This document shows, piece by piece, positions 1-12,545 of a DNA stretch of 64,000 bases. The position numbers and the translations under genes were made by a program. This stretch comes from Malacoraja senta. Lineage: Eukaryota. Location: positions 81,592,001 to 81,656,000 of the forward strand of contig CM075979.1 of NCBI GenBank assembly GCA_038087875.1, in the 5' to 3' direction. The number at the start of each line of letters is the position of its first letter. Positions within the stretch are counted from its first letter, which is position 1. A model generated the notes under the pieces. It had not been told where the DNA came from, did no database searches, and saw only the letters and a list, made by a program, of their open reading frames with translations.

Positions 1-231
1 GTGCAAACATACCGAAGGCAAAGTAATATAAAAGTTCTGAAAATCTTCAGACTGTCTCTCAGCATCAAAAATGATATACTTCCACTGGTTCTGAGACGAA
101 TGATGAGCCTTATGTGGGGTTCTGACACTGGGCAGGAGTTGTTTGACTGGGCATGGGCAATGTTGCAAGAGACACTACTGCACTCTGTTGTTTTCACTGG
201 TTTCCGTACATTCTTGATACAAAGAAAGACC

Positions 232-568
232 AAGGAGTAGAATAGTTAGACGCACAGAGTCTCTTGCCCAGAGTAGGAGAATCAAGAACCAGAGGGCATA
301 GGTTTAAGGTGCCGGGGGGGGGGGAGATTTAATAGGAATCTAAGTGGTAACTTTTTCACATAAAGATTGTGGGTGTATGGAAGGAGGAGGTGGTTGAGGC
401 AGGGATGTTTAAGATGCAATTAGACAGGTACATGGATAGGACAGGTTAAGAGGGATATGGGCCAAACGCTGGTAACTGGGACGAGTGTAGATGGGACATG
501 TTGGTCAGTGTGGGCAAGTTGGGATGAACGTCCTGTTTCCACACTGTATGACTAGATGACCGTATGAC
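232..568 (+). mobile_element. CR1 LINE 3' fragment
   Basis: Degenerate ORF2 C-terminus (ESRTRGHRFK, FK.QLDRYMDR) plus CR1-type 3' UTR seen in many other copies in the window. Confidence 0.8.
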
Positions 569-789
569 TTGGTTCTCAGTGACTTCCTGGATGCTGTGCT
601 CCATTGTTGATGGGTTAAAGGCCCGGTCAAGTCAATGAGGATGTTATATTTTTAAGGATGTGTTGGGTGGACAAGTGATTGACACCTGGACTGACAATTC
701 AGGAACAGAGATTAAATCTCACCCTGACAGCGTGATGGAATTTATATCCAATTAAAAATATGAAATTTACAGTAAATAAAACACATCAT

Positions 790-2080
790 TGGGAAAAAGG
801 ATGCAAGTTTGAAGACATACTCCTAAATGCCGTTGAAAACTCCAAGGCAAATGTGAGGTGCAGTTTCTCATAAGAGTCCAAAGGTCATTGTACCTGACTA
901 TGCAAACAGACTGACAATATTGTGAAAAGATTGATAAAGATAGATCGGAAGAATGTATTAGGTGCTTGAGCTTCACAATATTGTCCACGCAGAATATTTG
1001 ACCAGCCCCGACCCGGGGTCCGATCACCGGCGCGGGGGAGATGAGATCCCCCCCGATGCAAGTGCTTGATCGCTCCGACGCGGAGGGCCCGACCGCCAGC
1101 TATGGGAGTAAGATCGTCATGTCAACGGAAGGCTCGAGGCCCCCGGACGCGGGAAAACAAAGAAGGGAAGAGATTGAACTTTATTTTGCCTTCCATCACA
1201 GTGAGGAATGTGGAGGAGTCACTGTGGTGGATGTTTATGTTAAACTGTATTTTGTGGGTTCTGTTGCTTTTTATTTGTCTGACTGACTTGGCAAATTAAA
1301 TTCCTCGTATGTTGCAAAACATACTTGGCTAATAAAGTATTATTGTATTGTATTGTAAGCTTCTACAGCAAGTATACAGAGCTGTTCAAAGACTCATTTG
1401 CATGAATTAAGAGACACAAGGCCAATATAAGCATTAAGCCTGACACCAAGGCAATCTAGTACAAGCCCAAAGAGGCTTTAGCGGAGAAAGAGTTAAACAA
1501 ACATGAACTCCATGGAGTGTTGGTCAAAACTACACAGAATGAGTGGGCTTTAAAATCCTTGAAGCAGACAAAATTGTATAGCTTTGTGAGGATCACAGAA
1601 TAACTCACAGCTGAGCTGTGAACGATGAACAAAATCTATTGTTCTTGTCACAGGATATGTGTGCTGCGCAGACAGGGGTCAAAGACTTCATCAAGTTGGA
1701 TCTGTCCAATGCTTATACATAATTAAATGTGGAAAAATAGAACCAACAGTATCTGACAATGAACTGTCAGTAAGAGCTTTATATATTTACCATGTTGCCT
1801 CGTGGTATGAAGGAGTTCAGGTCATAATTAACAAGTTGCTAAAATAAATTCAACAATGCCTATGGAACTAGGACGACGTTTTTAATAGCAACTGCTACCG
1901 AGGAGTAAAATATCTGAATAATTGAAAAGACATTCAGGAAACTTCATGGGAATAATGTCAAGCTCCAGAAGAATTAATGCATCTTTGTGAAGAAAGAAAA
2001 TCTATTTGGACCCGAGGGAGGATGAAAATTGTGTGTAACGGTTTCAAGAGAAAATTGATGCCTTTGCTAAAGCTAGAGAG
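790..2080 (+). mobile_element. Fossil Ty3/Gypsy LTR-retrotransposon pol (protease-RT), disrupted by stops and frameshifts and split by an insertion at 1003-1356
   Basis: Manual translation: SLKTYS..KLQGKCEV; SKYTELFKDSFA*IKRHKANISIKPDTKAI*YKPK; AEKELNKHELHGVLVKTTQNEWA; QDMCAAQTGVKDFIKLDLSNAYT*LNVEK*NQQYLTMN; CLWN*DDVF; KLQKN*CIFVKKE; QEKIDAFAKAR, collinear with Gypsy RT motifs. Confidence 0.8.
1003..1356 (+). mobile_element. Unclassified GC-rich retroposon with LINE-type 3' UTR and (TTGTA)n tail
   Basis: Homologous to the element at 14525-15290; AATAAA followed by ttgtattgtattgta; interrupts the Gypsy pol. Confidence 0.65.
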
Positions 2081-2365
2081 TTTATTTTATTTTAGTTTAG
2101 AGATACAGCGCAGAAATAGGCCCTTTGGCTCACCGAGTCCGCACTGACCAGTGGTCCCCATACACTAGCACTATCCTACACACTAGGGAGAATTTGCAAT
2201 TTTTACTGGTCAATTAACCTACAAACCTGTACGTTTTTGGAGTGTGGGAGGAAACCGATGCAGTCACAAGGAGAAGGTACAAACTCCGTACAGACGGCAC
2301 CCGTGGTCAGGATCAAATCCAGGTCTTTAGTTCTGTAAGGCACCAACTCTACCACTCCGTACAGT
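2081..2365 (-). mobile_element. tRNA-derived V-type SINE
   Basis: Matches the window-wide SINE consensus (degenerate A/B boxes, GGTTTCCTCCCACA core, CR1-like tail, (ACTAA)n end). Confidence 0.85.
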
Positions 2366-2504
2366 AACATGGAGACTCTTTGTGTACTGCCTATCTGAGT
2401 TCTGCTGTATGATTTTATTGAATTATATGCAAAACAAATAATTTCACTGTACATGTGACAATAAACTATTATTGGATCATCATAGAATCATTGATGTTAC
2501 ATGC

Positions 2505-4152
2505 ATGAAATCCAGGTTAGCCGGGAAGTGGTGTTAGGTAAATTGAATGGATTAAAGGTCGATAAATCCCCAGGGCCAGATAGGCTGCATCCCAGAGTAC
2601 TTAAGGAAGTAGCCCCAGAAATAGTGGATGCATTAGTGATAATTTTTCAAAACTCTTTAGATTCTGGAGTAGTTCCTGAGGATTGGAGGGTAGCTAATGT
2701 AACCCCACTTTTTAAAAAGGGAGCGAGAGAGAAAACGGGGAATTACAGACCAGTTAGTCTAACATCGGTAGTGGGGAAACTGCTAGAGTCAGTTATTAAA
2801 GATGGGATAGCAGCACATTTGGAAAATGGTGAAATCATTGGACAAAGTCAGCATGGATTTATGAAAGGTAAATCATGTCTGACGAATCTTATAGAATTTT
2901 TCGAGGATGTAACTAGTAGAGTAGATAAAGGAGAACCAGTGGATGTGTTGTATCTGGACTTTCAGAAGGCTTTCGAAAGGTCCCACATAAGAGATTAATA
3001 TACAAACTTAAAGCACACGGTATTGGGGGTTCAGTATTGATGTGGATAGAGAACTGGCTGGCAGACAGGAAGCAAAGAGTAGGAGTAAACGGGTCCTTTT
3101 CAGAATGGCAGGCAGTGACTAGTGGGGTACCGCAAGGCTCAGTGCTGGGACTCCAGCTATTTACAATATATATTAATGATTTGGATGAGGGAATTGAATG
3201 CAACATCTCCAAGTTTGCGGATGACATGAAGCTGGGGGGCAGTGTTAGCTGTGAGGAGGGTACTAGGAGGCTGCAAGATGACTTGGATTGGCTGGGTGAG
3301 TGGGCAAATGCATGGCAAATGCAGTATAATGTGGATTAATGTGAGGTTATCCACATTGGTGACAAAAACAGGAAAGTAGACTATTACCTGAATGGTGGCC
3401 GATTAGGAAAAGGGGAGATGCAACGAGACCTGGGTGTCATGGTACACCAGTCATTGAAAGTAGGCATGCAGGTGCAGCAGGCAGTGAAGAAAGCGAATGG
3501 TATGTTAGCATTCATAGCAAAAGGATTTGAGTATAGGAGCAGGGAGGTTCTACTGCAGTTGTACAGGGTCTTGGTGAGACCACACCTGGAGTATTGCGTA
3601 CAGTTTTGGTCTCCTAATCTGAGGAAGGACATTCTTGCCATAGTGGGAGTACAGAGAAGGTTCATCAGACTGATTCCTGGGATGTCAGGACTTTCATATG
3701 AAGAAAGACTGGATAGACTCGGCTTGTACTCGCTAGAATTTAGATGATTGAGGGGGGATCATATAGTAACTTACAAAATTCTTAAGGGGTTGGACAGGCT
3801 AGATGCAGGAAGATTGTTCCCGATGTTGGGGAAGTCCAGAACAAGGGGTCACAGTTTAAGGATAAAGGGGAAATCTTTTAGGACTGAGATGAGAAAAACA
3901 TTTTTTACACAGAGAGTGGTGAATCTCTGGAATTCTCTGCCACAGAATGTAGTTGAGGCCAGTTCATTGGCTATATTTAAGAGGGAGTTGGATGTGGCCC
4001 TTGTGGCTAAAGGGATCAGGGGGTATGGAGAGAAAGCAGGTACAGGATACTGAGTTGGATGATCAGCCATGATCATATTGAATGGCGGTGCAGGCTCGAA
4101 GGGCCGAATGGCCTACTCCTGCACCTATTTTCTATGTTTCTATGTTTCTATG
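2505..4152 (+). mobile_element. 5'-truncated CR1 LINE, ORF2 RT domain with frameshifts and stops
   Basis: KSPGPDRLHPRVLKE, NYRPVSLTS, LYLDFQKAF, GVPQGSVLG, FADD, RPHLEYCVQFWSP; (TATGTTTC)n tail. Confidence 0.95.
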
Positions 4153-4194
4153 AAAGTTGACAAATATTGGGAAGCCAAGTCCTTTTCTTAGATC

Positions 4195-4470
4195 ACTATC
4201 ACAAACTCCAGGTTTCTCCCTGGCTGATTCCGATGTTCGTAGCCTTGATCCTGATATTTGCCCCTGTGCTAAGCATCTGAATTCATATCCTCTCCAAAGG
4301 CTTACAACATCATAACATTGCCTTATTCCACCTCTGGCACAAGTTATCTGCAGCTGATACCCTAATTTTGTTACCTCAAGCTCGACTATTCCAATGATTT
4401 TCAGGTCAGCCTCTCGGCTCTCAGTTTGCACCCTCTGCAATCTTAAACTTACATAAACCACATTGTTATG
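4195..4470 (+). mobile_element. Degraded L2-clade LINE ORF2 fragment
   Basis: Translates to HNIA...AADTLI..FVTS.LDYSN, typical of the L2 C-terminal region. Confidence 0.6.
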
Positions 4471-5734
4471 GAATGCTTTGTGTCTTTGCTCACAATGTGC
4501 AGGCTTCCTTATCCAACTTGATCATCCACAGTGCAGCAGTGCCCCTCTGTGGAGCCTTTGGAAATCAGGGCTTGAATGCACCATTATCCTTCTCCACATC
4601 CTATAAAATTGTGTACCTTCTCAAATATATGCCCCTAGCTACCCTTTCAAATCAAAGTGAAACTGGAGATGGAGGAGCAAGGCTGGCTAAACTGGAAACC
4701 TTAAAAATACAATCGACTTATTTTCTATTCCTGCATGCTAAAAAGGCTAAACATCAACCTAGCATAATTTCCTTCAGGCATGGAGAGCTATCTGAATATG
4801 CAAGAATGAGGTTAAGAAGGAAAAGGTTGGAGTGTAGTTTGTGTCTGTCTACATGAATGTCTGTATGGGATAAAAGGTGCACTAAAGCACAATGAAGGTG
4901 GCGATGGTGTGTGTGTAGTCTAAGGAAGACCTTGGGAGTCAGACAGGTAGGTGACAAGGTCAGGGGATGAACGACCTGGAACTTAGGCAAGTGGCAGAAG
5001 GTGCAGTTGTCTTTTGTAGCCCAGTGTGAGCAGGAACCACGTACTAATGTACTTAGTAGCATATTCTCAGAGAAGACATGCAGTGAAGTGTGGTTGTGGA
5101 AATGGTGGGAGACCCTGAACAAAGGTTAAAGGTAATGGTGAGTTAAAGACAGTGGCTACAATGGGTTAGACACCTGGGTTGATAAACCCCATTTTCGTAT
5201 TTAACTAACTAGCCACCAGAAATTGTAAACTAAACATGAGGCCAGTCTAATGGATGTGAACTTAACAGCTGAGCTATGTTTGCCGCAGGTCTAACCTTTA
5301 TCAATGCTGAGTAATTTGATCTAGCCAGAGCGCGATAGATTGCCTGGTGAAGAAAAGCCAAAGATAAACGACTCCCTGTTCATGTCCCTGACTGTTTTTC
5401 ACTGATTCCAATGGACTTTGCTGGATGAATGCCTGTGTGTATATTGGATGAGAAAACAATTGGACTTGGCAGTCATTCCTTGCCTAGTGAAATACTGCCG
5501 ACATTAACTGCCTACTCGTACAAAGGAAAAATGGGTAATTGAACAAATGCCATGGTGCCAAAGACAGGCCATGGGACTACACCACAGCAAGAACTCAGTG
5601 AGAAGAGCAAACAAATTCAACGGGCTAGAAAAAGAAATTAAAATATGTTCTTTGACAAGAAACTGCACGTTATACATGTGCATTCTATTGAGCTCAGTCG
5701 AGTGTATGACACCAGAGCTTGGGAATGACCGAGA

Positions 5735-5840
5735 GAGACTCAAGGAAGTGCAGAGATTCTAAACTTGAGCAAAACACCAAGTGCTAGAGGAACTCAGCAG
5801 GTCAGGCAGCATCTGTGGAAGGAATGGATAGACGATGTTT
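5735..5840 (-). mobile_element. Penelope-like terminal repeat fragment
   Basis: Reverse complement of the PLE repeat GATGCTGCCTGACCTGCTGAGTTCCTC. Confidence 0.6.
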
Positions 5841-6318
5841 TCATTACTCTATTTTCTGGACATTACAGATCCTTGAGTTTCATGAGAAAGCCATGGCAGC
5901 ACTGACCTCAGTACTGGTGAAGGGAATGCTATTTTTAGCTGTCAAAGCACCAGGATACTTCAAAAAGTAGTTGAGCCTCAACCATTTTGACCAACTGTGG
6001 AAGACACCATCAGCAGTGGAAGGGGATGTGTGGTTCAGCAGCAAAACTACCCTTGTGATTGAAGGATCAAAGACTGGAGAAGCAAAAGGTTAAAGATCCA
6101 AATATGTGAGACTTGAAGCTGTGTTTTAGAACAAGTGCAGTGTGAAGAGGGTTAGGAAAAGATGTGGGAATGTAAGTGAACAAGAGACAAGTGAAGTGTG
6201 GCTTGTGATCAAAAATGGTAGCAGAGAGGTGTCCGGTTAAGGATGTAGAAGTGTTCATGGCTGTGAATGGTAGCAATGAATGATGTGTAATTTTAATGCA
6301 AAAGGTTGTGTAATCTCC

Positions 6319-6320
<2 letters not shown>

Positions 6321-6350
<30 letters not shown>

Positions 6351-6682
6351 TCTTTTATTGTCATTGCACAGAGGTACAACGAGATTTGGTATGCAGCTTC
6401 CATCCGATGTAATAACTTAGTTAACTAAAAATGTAGACACCCAGAGAAACAAGATTAAAAAAACAAACAAAAAACAGTAAAACAGTATAAAGTGCAAATA
6501 GGTCTGTGCCGGGTCGATGTGCGACGTGACCTTCCGAAGGAGACAGTTCATGGGGGGGGGCACTCAGCAGAGCCGGTTCAGAGCAGCTATAGCTCTGGGG
6601 ACTAAGCTGTTCCTAAGTCTGGAGGTGCGGGCGTAGAAGGCCTTGTAACGTCTGCTGGAAGGTAGAAGTTCGAACAGACTAT
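6321..6682 (-). mobile_element. Rex1/Babar-type LINE 3' end with (TTA)n tail
   Basis: Minus strand reads SLFELLP..RRYKAFYARTSRLRNSLVPRAIAALN; (TAA)n microsatellite at 6321-6350. Confidence 0.8.
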
Positions 6683-6729
6683 TGCAAGGAGTTATATTAC
6701 TAACTATGGATGTTACCTCTCAGAGGTTT

Positions 6730-7046
6730 AGGGGCAGCAGGGAAGTGCAGCGGGAGAGTTGTTGCCTTACAGTTCCAGACACCCTGGGTTTGATTCTGAC
6801 TATGAGTGTTGTCTGTACGTCGTTTGTACATTCTCCCCATGATCACGTGGGCTTTCCCAGGGTGCTCCAGTTTCCTCCCACACTCCAAAGACATACAGGT
6901 TTGTAGGTTAATTGGCTTTGGTAAAGATTGTAAATTGTTCCCTAGTGAGTGGGATAGCGCTAGTGTGCGGGGTGATCGCTGGTCGACGATGACTTGGTGG
7001 GCCGAAGGGCCTATTTCCTCACTCTATCTCCAAACTAAACTAAAAG
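6730..7046 (+). mobile_element. tRNA-derived V-type SINE
   Basis: Full-length match to the window SINE consensus. Confidence 0.85.
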
Positions 7047-7394
7047 TTTGCTATTATGTGGAGATTCCACGTGAAATCTTCTGATATGAAAAGCCCAGGC
7101 TGAGAAAAAATATATTGAAAAAAATATCAAGCTGCAAGAATGAAAATGAAATGAACTTTGAATTATAAACATTTACCAACAGGAAGATTATCTGGCTATC
7201 TTTGAACTAAATGAATTGGCTCCTCTCTCAAGCAAACGGTCTGGAGACCAACTGAATTTGAGCTGAAGCAGACAATTATTCCCATCAAGTTGTTTTTTAA
7301 CCCTTGTGCAGTTTTAAGGAACCAAAAGCAAGCTGCAATGTTGACAAAATAGCTTTATTTTCAGCACAACCAGGTAACCTGAGAGGACTAGATC

Positions 7395-7752
7395 GGAATC
7401 ATGAGAGGAATAGATCGGGTAGATGCACAGAGTCTCTTGCCCAGAGATGGGGAATAGAGGGCCAGAGGACATGGGTTTAAGGTGAAGGGGAAAAGATTTA
7501 ATAGGAATCAGAGGGGTAACTTTTTCAAACAAAGGGTGGTGGGTGTATGGAACAAGCTGCCAGAGGAGGTAGTTGAGGCAGGGACTATCCCAACATTTAA
7601 GAAACAGTTAGACAAGTACATGGATAGGACAGGTATGGAGGGATACGGGCCAAACGCGGACAGGTGGGACTAGTGTAGCTGGGACATGGTGGTCGGTGTG
7701 GGCAAGATGGGCTGAAGGGCCTGCTTCCACATTGTATTGCTCCATGACTCTA
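7395..7752 (+). mobile_element. CR1 LINE 3' fragment
   Basis: KGKRFNRNQRGNFFKQRVVGVWNKLPEEVVEAG..FKKQLDKYMDR plus 3' UTR. Confidence 0.85.
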
Positions 7753-7779
7753 CGACCTGGGTTAAGATGCAGGGTCACT

Positions 7780-8095
7780 GTTTGAACCCCTTCATTATCA
7801 TCTCTTTCACAGCCAACAATGGATCCCTCCGCCACCCTTGTTGTCTTGCTAGTTTCACTGTTTGTATCCCTTCATTATCACGTCTTCCACAGCCAACAAA
7901 GGATCATTGTGGGCTCCATCTTCCTTGGGACATTGGTGCCCGCTCTGCTTTGTTCTGAATCTTTTCATACCTATCGTTTCTCTCTACCCTGACTCTCAGT
8001 CTGAAGATGGGTCTCGACCCAAAACGTCACCTATTCCTTCTCTCCTGAGATGCTGCCTGTCCCGCTGAGTTACTCCAGCATTTTGTGTCTATCTT
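7780..8095 (+). mobile_element. Penelope-like element 3' region with degenerate hammerhead motif
   Basis: CTGAAGATGGGTCTCGACCCAAAACGTCACC near 8001 followed by the PLE terminal repeat. Confidence 0.7.
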
Positions 8096-8422
8096 TAAGA
8101 TGCTGTATTCTGCCATCATATCTGATTGGAGCCATAGCATTTGCTAAGGAGAACAGATTACAAATCCAGATTGATCAATTCACCTGAGACAGCAAAAATA
8201 CATCTTGTGATTGTTCTTGCTAATCACACTTCAGCATGTTTTAGCATGCTTTAGTTGCCCATGAAAAAAAAATGACCACAATTGAAATTTAGTTTAGTTT
8301 ATTTAGTTTAGAGATATAGCGTGGAAACAGCCTCTTTGGTCCACCGAGTCCACGTCAACCAGTGATCCCTGCACATTAACACTATCCTACACACACTGGG
8401 AAATAATTTTACCAAAGCCAAT

Positions 8423-8597
8423 CTTCTTCTTATCGAGTCCACATACAAGATTAGAAGTTGTTCAGCCAGAGCTGAACACACTTCTTGGCATCTGCGTACA
8501 GTGGTGTCTGTCTTGTCGCTTCTTGTGCTTCTTGTGCGTGGTGGTGGAGAGATTGGTGGAAACAGGGCCGCGACGTGAACGCTCTTTCCTTGACCCC
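8423..8597 (-). mobile_element. Short non-autonomous Vingi/Ingi-like retroelement, family A, with 5' HDV-like ribozyme
   Basis: 12-bp TSD; (GAA)n tail; 3' part encodes LYADAKKCVQLWLNNF*; sister copy at 20145-20313. Confidence 0.8.
8546..8597 (-). ncRNA. Compact HDV-like ribozyme (predicted)
   Basis: GGGGUC AA GGAAAGA GCG UUCACGU CGC GGCCCU G UUUCCA CCAA UCUCUCC = P1, J1/2, P2, P3, L3, P3', P1', linker, J4/2, P2' (one P2 mismatch). Confidence 0.7.
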
Positions 8598-9142
8598 ACC
8601 AAAGCCAATCAAACCTACAGACCTGTATGTCTTTGGAATGTGGGAGGAAACCGGAACACAAGGTCACAAGGAGAACGTACTAACTCCGTGCAGACAGCAC
8701 CCATAGTAAGGATCGAACCCGGGTCTATGGCGCTGTAAGCCAGCAACTCTACCGCTGCACCACTATGTGAAGTGTCAATCCTCTTAAGTTCCATGAAGGC
8801 TTGGATATCTTCCACAAAGCATCTACAAATGCACATTTTCTGATTATTAAGGGAATAGAGGAAAAGTAACATTGAGCATGCACGGTTTTGATGAATAATG
8901 AATAAAGCACTTTGGGTCAAAAGGAACTATCTTGCTTCTAATTCTCATATTGTTTCATTGGACAGCAGCCATTGCAAACCTTTGAGTATTGTGACATCTA
9001 ACTGCACATGTAACGAGTGAATTCCTGTGCAGTTGTTGAATATCTTAGGTTTCAAAAACGGTGCTCGTGTAGTAATATACTGTAGGTGTCGTCAATACCC
9101 CCTGGTTCATCTGAAAATCTGTAGTCCTCAAAAATACACGTC

Positions 9143-10095
9143 GGGTGGCACAGTAACGCAGCTGGTAGAATGTTGCCTCACAGCACCAGACGTAGGTTTG
9201 ATCCTGACCTTGGGTGCTATCTGTGTGAAATTTGCACATTTTCCTTATGATCGTGTGAGTTTCTTCCAAGTTTCTTCCAAGAGACCACATCCGGAGTATT
9301 GTGTACAGTTTTGGTCTCCTAATTTGAGGAAGGACATCCTTGTGATTGAGGCAGTGCAGCGTAGGTTCACGAGATTGATCCCTGGGATGGCGGGACTGTC
9401 ATATGAGGAAAGATTGAAAAGACTAGGCTTGTATTCACTGGAGTTTAGAAGGATGAGGGGCTATCTTATAGAAACATATAAAATTATAAAAGGACTGGAC
9501 AAGCTGGATGCAGGAAAGATGTTCCCAATGTGGAGCGAGTCCAGAACCAGGGGCCACAGTCTTAGAATAAAGGGGAGGTCATTTAAGACTGAGGTGAGAA
9601 AAAACGTTTTCACCCAGAGAGTTGTGAATTTATGGAATTCCCTGCCACAGAGGGCAGTGGAGGCCAAGTCACTGGATGGATTTAAGAGAGAGTTAGATAG
9701 AGCTCTAGGGGCTAGAGGAGTCAAGGGATATGGGGAGAAGGCAGGCACGGGTTATTGATCGGGGACGATCAGCCATGATCACAATGAATGGCGGTGCTGG
9801 CTCGAAGGGCCGAATGGCCTCCTCCTGCACCTATTTTCTATGTTTCTATGTTTCTATGTTTCTATGTTTCTATGTTTCTATGTTTCTATGTTTCTATGTT
9901 TCTATGCTCTGGTTTCCTCCCACTTCTTAAAGATGTGAGAGTTTGTCGCATAATTGGCCTTCTCAAAATTGCCCAAAGTGTGCAGGGAATGGATGCAAAC
10001 ATAGATAACATAGATCTAGTGTGAACAAGTGATCGTTGGTCAGCATGGACTCGGTTAGACTGAAGTGTCTGTTTCCATGGTCTATCTTTCAATCA
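9143..10095 (+). mobile_element. tRNA-derived V-type SINE split by a CR1 insertion
   Basis: Head at 9143-9270; resumes at about 9908 (CTCTGGTTTCCTCCCAC). Confidence 0.8.
9281..9907 (+). mobile_element. 5'-truncated CR1 LINE with long (TATGTTTC)n tail
   Basis: RPHPEYCVQFWSP...GYGEKAGTGY; about nine 8-bp tail units at 9836-9907. Confidence 0.92.
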
Positions 10096-10777
10096 AAAAG
10101 TTTTTGCTCCCTGGTATCATTATCAAAAGGTAAAGCAATGAAATCAACACACTAAACCTCATCCGTTGATCTGCACCATTTTGTACATTGCAATGAGAGA
10201 TCACTTCTCATTCTTCTGTGATTTGTTGCAAACTATGAACTGTTGCAATACTTTGGTCAGAGGTCAGTCTACAGTCTAGTGGAGGACATTGAAACATGAA
10301 GGAGGATTGTAAGCTGGGTTAGTGATGCAGAGGAAAGCTGCCTTACGGACAAGGATTCTGATAGTGGGCTGCCTAGTCTTAATAACTGGTGCTGTGGCAT
10401 CCAAGATAATGTCACGATAGTGAAACAAATAGATGCAACCTTAAAATGAGCTAAATGCACATTGATGACCAGTGAGCGTAATATATTTCCAGAAGATATC
10501 ATCGTATGGTATGGTACTCTGTCACATGTACCGAGGTACAGTGAAATTCATTTTTGTATACAGTTCAGTACAAGTATCACTATACATAAGCACTTAGATA
10601 CATGTGTGTGATGGAGTTCTGAATACCTGAGTGCAAAGCAATGATGGTCTGAGGGAACGAGCTGCAGAGGCTCAGATGGACAAAATATCAACCCTCTGAA
10701 TCCTCCCATTGATATAGTTAGCATCAGCTCCACCTGGTGGCACCACTAGATACTGTCCAATTCCTGGTGGCGGAGAG

Positions 10778-10925
10778 TCATAGAGCACGGTGGCACAACT
10801 TGTCCATGACAACCAAGATGCCCCATCTAAGCTGGTCCCATTTGTCCACATTTGACCCATCCTCCTCAAAATCTTTCCTATCCATGTACCTGTCCGAGTA
10901 TCTTTTAAAAGCTGTTATGGTACCT
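10778..10925 (-). mobile_element. CR1 3' fragment
   Basis: Reverse complement of the CR1 3' UTR (TTTAAAAGATACTCGGACAGGTACATGGATAGG). Confidence 0.65.
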
Positions 10926-11090
10926 CCTCTGGGGGTTGACAAATATTTTACACATTTTTAAAACTCAAACTTTTGTAAGAATTGCTAGATCGGAGTACAA
11001 TATAAATCGTGACGCAGATGCTGTCTAAAACGTAGCACCCACTTGATGATCGGTTAAAAGCTTTGTGAAAGTGATGAGAATGAGAAAGAA

Positions 11091-11390
11091 GGCGGGCGGT
11101 ACAGTGGCACAGCCGTTGGAGCTGCTGCCTCGCAGTGCCAGAGTTCCAGGTTCGATCCTGACCCAGGGTGCTATTCTGTACAGTTTGCATATCTTGCCTA
11201 TGACCGTGTGGGTTTCCTCCCACATCCCAAAGACGTGCCAGTTTGTAGGTTAATTGGCTTCTGTAAATTGCCCCTAGTGCGTTGGGAGTGGATGAGAAAG
11301 TGCTCTAACATAGAGCTTGTGTGAATGGGTGATCGATGATCAGGGCCGAAGACCTCTTTCCTCAGTGTATCTCTAAAACAAAAACTAAAA
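11091..11390 (+). mobile_element. tRNA-derived V-type SINE
   Basis: B box GGTTCGATCC and SINE core and tail. Confidence 0.85.
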
Positions 11391-11990
11391 TGAATGAGAG
11401 AGAAGTTGCTGACTGCTCGTTGTTGCCTTGTACATTGGCCTGGTAAATAGCCCTATATCTTTGGATAATGTAGACCATTTTAAAATAGCTAACACCTCTC
11501 TCCTCAATAAACACATCACTAACCTCTTTGTCCTTTTAATTACCTCCATAGACAGGGCAGGTACAGAGAGGTTGTTTCACCTGCTCCTGTGTCGAGGGCT
11601 TGGGCTAATAGTATCACGATGCATGGTTGGAAATTTAGGACTGAGAAGAGAAATTATTTAACTCATGGAGTTTTAAAGAACCCAGGCTAAATGAAGTATG
11701 GTGGGGAAGCATTGAGACGAAAGATCACTCCGTGCAAGGGCCGATACACCAGCTACTTTTTCTCTTTTATTAACCTTGTGTCTTTACATGTTATTTTTTG
11801 GTTTAATCCTATTGATTTAAAATGACATTTTCCACTGCATTGTGTAATTTTCAATATTTAACTATTGAAGAAGCTTTCTCCTTTAAAACTCATCATGATC
11901 ATTGATTCAGTCATCGCCTTGTTTGGCTGCTACAAGTCATAGGAGTCAACACATTTTACTCTGCTGTATTTTTCTGCAAGGAAAATTCTA

Positions 11991-12293
11991 GGGGCGGCAC
12001 AGTGGCGCAGTGGTAGAGTGGCTGCCTTACAGTGCCAGAGACCTGGGTTCGATCCTGACTATAGGTGCTGTCTGTGCTGAGTTTTGTACGTTCTCCCCGT
12101 GACCTGCATGGGTTTACTCCGGGTGTTCTGGTTTCCTCCCATACTCCAAAGACGTACAGGTTTGTAGTCTAATTGGTTTGGTAAAATTGAAAATTGTTTC
12201 ATAGTGTGTGAAGGATAGAGCTAGTTTAAGGGGATCGTTGGTCGGCGTGGACCCGGTGGGCCAAAGTGCCTGATTTGCCCTGTATCTCTAAAA
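11991..12293 (+). mobile_element. tRNA-derived V-type SINE
   Basis: A box TGGCGCAGTGG, B box GGTTCGATCC, full length. Confidence 0.9.
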
Positions 12294-12316
12294 AGAAGGA
12301 TACAGCAAGCGAACGT

Positions 12317-12407
12317 TGACACAAAATGCTGGAGTAACTCAGCGGGTGAGGCAGGATTTTTGGAGAAAAGGAATGGGCGACGTTTCAGGTCGAGACCCTT
12401 CTTCAGT
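12317..12407 (-). mobile_element. Penelope-like terminal repeat with hammerhead motif
   Basis: Minus strand CTGAAGAAGGGTCTCGACCTGAAACGTCGCC. Confidence 0.7.
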
Positions 12408-12419
12408 CGTCTTGTACAG

Positions 12420-12545
12420 TATCTGTAGACTGTGGATGGCTCGATTGTAATCTTGTACAGTCTTTCCACTGACTGGTTAGTACGCAACAAAAAGCTTTTC
12501 ACTGTACCTCGGTACACATGAAAATAAACTAAACTAAACTAAATA
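12420..12545 (+). mobile_element. Rex1-type LINE 3' UTR
   Basis: Same tail as follows the Rex1 coding fragment at 47570-47990; AATAAA plus (ACTAA)n. Confidence 0.65.

Larger units (their letters stand above)
8287..8768 (-). mobile_element. tRNA-derived V-type SINE, interrupted by a ribozyme-headed element
   Basis: SINE halves rejoin across the duplicated ACCAAAGCCAAT (8411-8422 and 8598-8609). Confidence 0.85.

Noticed and set aside
1-240. 79-aa ORF, possibly Gypsy gag
   Set aside because: No convincing zinc knuckle or other motif in a single frame.
4680-6300. Possible continuation of Gypsy pol (RNase H/integrase)
   Set aside because: Only vague resemblances; no collinear motifs could be read.
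9836-9907. Regular repeat array (CRISPR-like)
   Set aside because: Spacer-less 8-bp CR1 tail microsatellite in eukaryotic DNA.
11991-12070. tRNA genes at SINE heads
   Set aside because: A/B boxes are present, but each continues into the SINE body and no intact cloverleaf is evident.
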